This document shows, piece after piece, positions 61,360 to 64,000 of a stretch of DNA of 64,000 nucleotides. Under the pieces are notes generated by a model that saw nothing but the letters and a program-made list of their open reading frames with translations, was not told where the DNA came from and did no database searches. Within the stretch, counting starts at the first letter, position 1. Each line of letters begins with the position of its first letter. A program made the translations under genes and the position numbers. This stretch comes from Macrostomum hystrix (lineage: Eukaryota; Animalia; Platyhelminthes): NCBI GenBank assembly GCA_950097015.1, contig CATNEN010000003.1, positions 11,408,001-11,472,000 on the forward strand. The letters are read 5' to 3'.

Positions 61360-64000
61360 ATTGAATTACCAAATCTATTTTTGCGAATTGAGAAAACTTG
61401 AAGTAGATCGTGATAGTCTTATGTTATAAATTCCTAAATTGCAAATTTATAATTCCTTAATTTCTATCAAACCACCCGTTAACTTATAAAATACCAAAAT
61501 TAAGAACTCTTAAATCCCTTGTGAATAATCTCTGAATCCCGCATAAAAAATCACGTCAATCCTACGCGTTCACAATAATTATGCAACAACTCATTAAAGC
61601 GAAACAAATTCTGGAGCCCGATTCACCGGCATATACCTGAACCCGGCCGCAGTACGTGACTAAAAAATAAAAATAATCATTTTAACAAAATTCCATTATT
61701 CGCAACTGACGCAAATCGTTACTTTAGCTAAAAATCGAATAATCACTCGAAAAACTCGAAAACTAATCTTATAAACTAAAATCACTCAGCTACACAAAGT
61801 CTGAATATCTTTTTTGCTTTTTCAACTAAGTATTCTAGAAGCCAAAGTGAAGTGCACTTTCATGTCTGCTGTTAGGTCAACAAGTTTTTAGCACAATAGG
61901 TCCCTGTCATGGATTGTGAAGAATGGATACGATTCTAAGAATGCTTCTTAAAATATTGCGAAGCCTTATCTTGCAGCGATCCGCTTGGTTAAGTTAGAAA
62001 AATAACATGTTGTCAGAGAAATGTACTAGTTTAGTTTGCGTTCGCCAGGGAATTTTAGTAGCCTTTTATAAACGAGCATAGTTTTAAAGTACATGGTGTT
62101 CTTCACAAAATTTTTTTGTTCTTTCTATCTTCTTCTTTCTTTCTTCATTTTTTTCCTTCAATATTCGTCATCGAAGACTTGCCATTAGAAATAGTGAATG
62201 GAACTTTACTGTTAAACACGTAACGCTTACATCAAGGCTTTATCTTAATTATTGCATCAATTTTCAACTCATAATAAATTATGATATAAAACGTATTAAC
62301 AATTTACATCGAAACGCAAAAACACGTTTGTTTATATGCTTTGGGATGTATAAATAAAACATTTTTTTGGAGTCCATATATGTTCATCAAGCAGAAACAA
62401 GGCGAAAACTTGCTAGTTGTTTGCTTGTTTATTTATCTAACAAATTTATTTAAACGGCCAAAATCTTTTTTTTGCCTCCAACTAGTACAACTTTGTATCT
62501 AGTACAAATAGTACAAATCTCAGTGACTGTACCAATTTCAATCTTGCCAGGAATGGTTCATATTGGTTTTGTTGGTAATTTGCTTGTCGTTTTTCTTCAA
62601 TCAAGATTTTCCCATTTTAATTACAATGTAATTACTGCGCGTTCAAATTAAAAAGTAATTAGAGTCATAATTTGCTCGTATAATATACGTAACTCAAATT
62701 TAGTTTGTCTTGCAATGATCCCATGCATCATTCCCATATTTTCGCCGGCTTTAAGAAAATATCAATGTGGTGTAATTTCTTTCCTGCGAAAATCGATGAC
62801 TTCATTGTATGCCGACTTAAATAGCGCCTAAATATATAGTTTAGGCCTAAGTATAGTTTTTTTTGGCTGCATGTAATTCTACCCGGATGTATCCATAATT
62901 AATAACAGAGTAAATTATATCGCTGTACTATTTGCTCCTTAGTTCATAGAAATTAATTTATTAATTGCACGGCTAAAATCCAAACAGACAGCCAGAATAA
63001 CATAACAAAATCAATTTTATATTTTGAAATTTCTACTCATTCTCAATTTTTTGGCGATCATGTCGTCATATAATTAACGTTCGCAGCTTTCGCATATCCC
63101 TAGAAGGTAGAGCTTCGGAATGCTGAATACCGAGTGATTGTATAGCATATATAGTTTATTCCCTATAGTGCTTCAGTTTTACAAAGCTACGATATGCAAC
63201 ACAGTCCATGGGCTGAAGAGCAATGAAATAAAAATGTCATAAAATAAGATGAATCTTTGAGGCTTTTGAATTTCAGATTTTTTTTTATATCTTGATTTAT
63301 ATATCATCGATCGGTTACTGGTATTTTAGTAATAGTATTTTAGTGAGACAGTCGGAATTGGGACCGTTAGTCATTTTAGTTGAATGTCTATTGATTGCGC
63401 TGTATAAGTTTAAAAGAAACTGTTAAAATCGCGACGACTACGATCGTTACAATCCAAGAATAATGCATTAGTAAACTAGGAGTATAAAATCTCGTAAACC
63501 ATTCCGCAAGATCGTCACACCGGAAGTTATATAGTACTTGACGTGTTTCGCTATTTTATAGGACGTTAATGGACTTCCTGAGATAGCTTTCACACGCGTA
63601 CATCAAGCAGTTTTAAGTCCAAAGAGAAATTCCTAACGGTTATTTCATTATTATAGACCACGAAGCTATTTCAAATATTACCCACTGCCTATTTCACAAT
63701 AAAGCGGCCGATGACCGAATTTCCTGAAAGTCCACCATCTCAATAAAACATTTCCGCCCTTTACGATTTTCGGACGAGAAAGCAATAATTGGGTTAACCA
63801 AGGGTATACTACGGGCAACTAGAGCGATCTCGATCATATGCCCAAAGCAACAGAGCGATCAATCTTGGTATTCTGTCCCCAGATTTTCGCTTCAACAGGC
63901 TCCCAAAGGTACGAGTAATTATAGATATTTTTCATTGCGAACAGGTGTAGTTCCAAAATATATATTCTTTCTTAACGAGCTCTCGTTACTCATGCGTGTG

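Overview
Eukaryotic (animal) genomic DNA with spliced genes, AT-rich introns packed with minisatellites, and tRNA-derived SINEs. The style resembles a free-living flatworm such as Macrostomum (inference only). From left to right: (1) a complete, very young non-autonomous LTR retroelement (275..2829, minus strand; identical 372-bp TG...CA LTRs, 4-bp TSD, PBS, PPT) whose only cargo is a CXXC zinc-finger ORF with no gag/pol; (2) a divergent 3-exon homeobox gene (-); (3) an orphan ankyrin-repeat fragment (-); (4) an RFX5/7-like gene that appears to lack its winged-helix DNA-binding domain (-); (5) a Mutator-type MITE; (6) a same-strand cluster WDR70 - CLCN7 - headless EVI5-like exons - PHB1 with splice acceptors just upstream of the ATGs (possible trans-spliced operon); (7) a repeat-rich block; and (8) a 2-exon rhodopsin-family peptide GPCR (+). 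Most long ORFs in the supplied track are tandem-repeat artefacts. The best candidate for an undescribed system is the CXXC-carrying LTR element. Family assignments come from motif recognition by eye; no database searches were run. Repeat boundaries are approximate.
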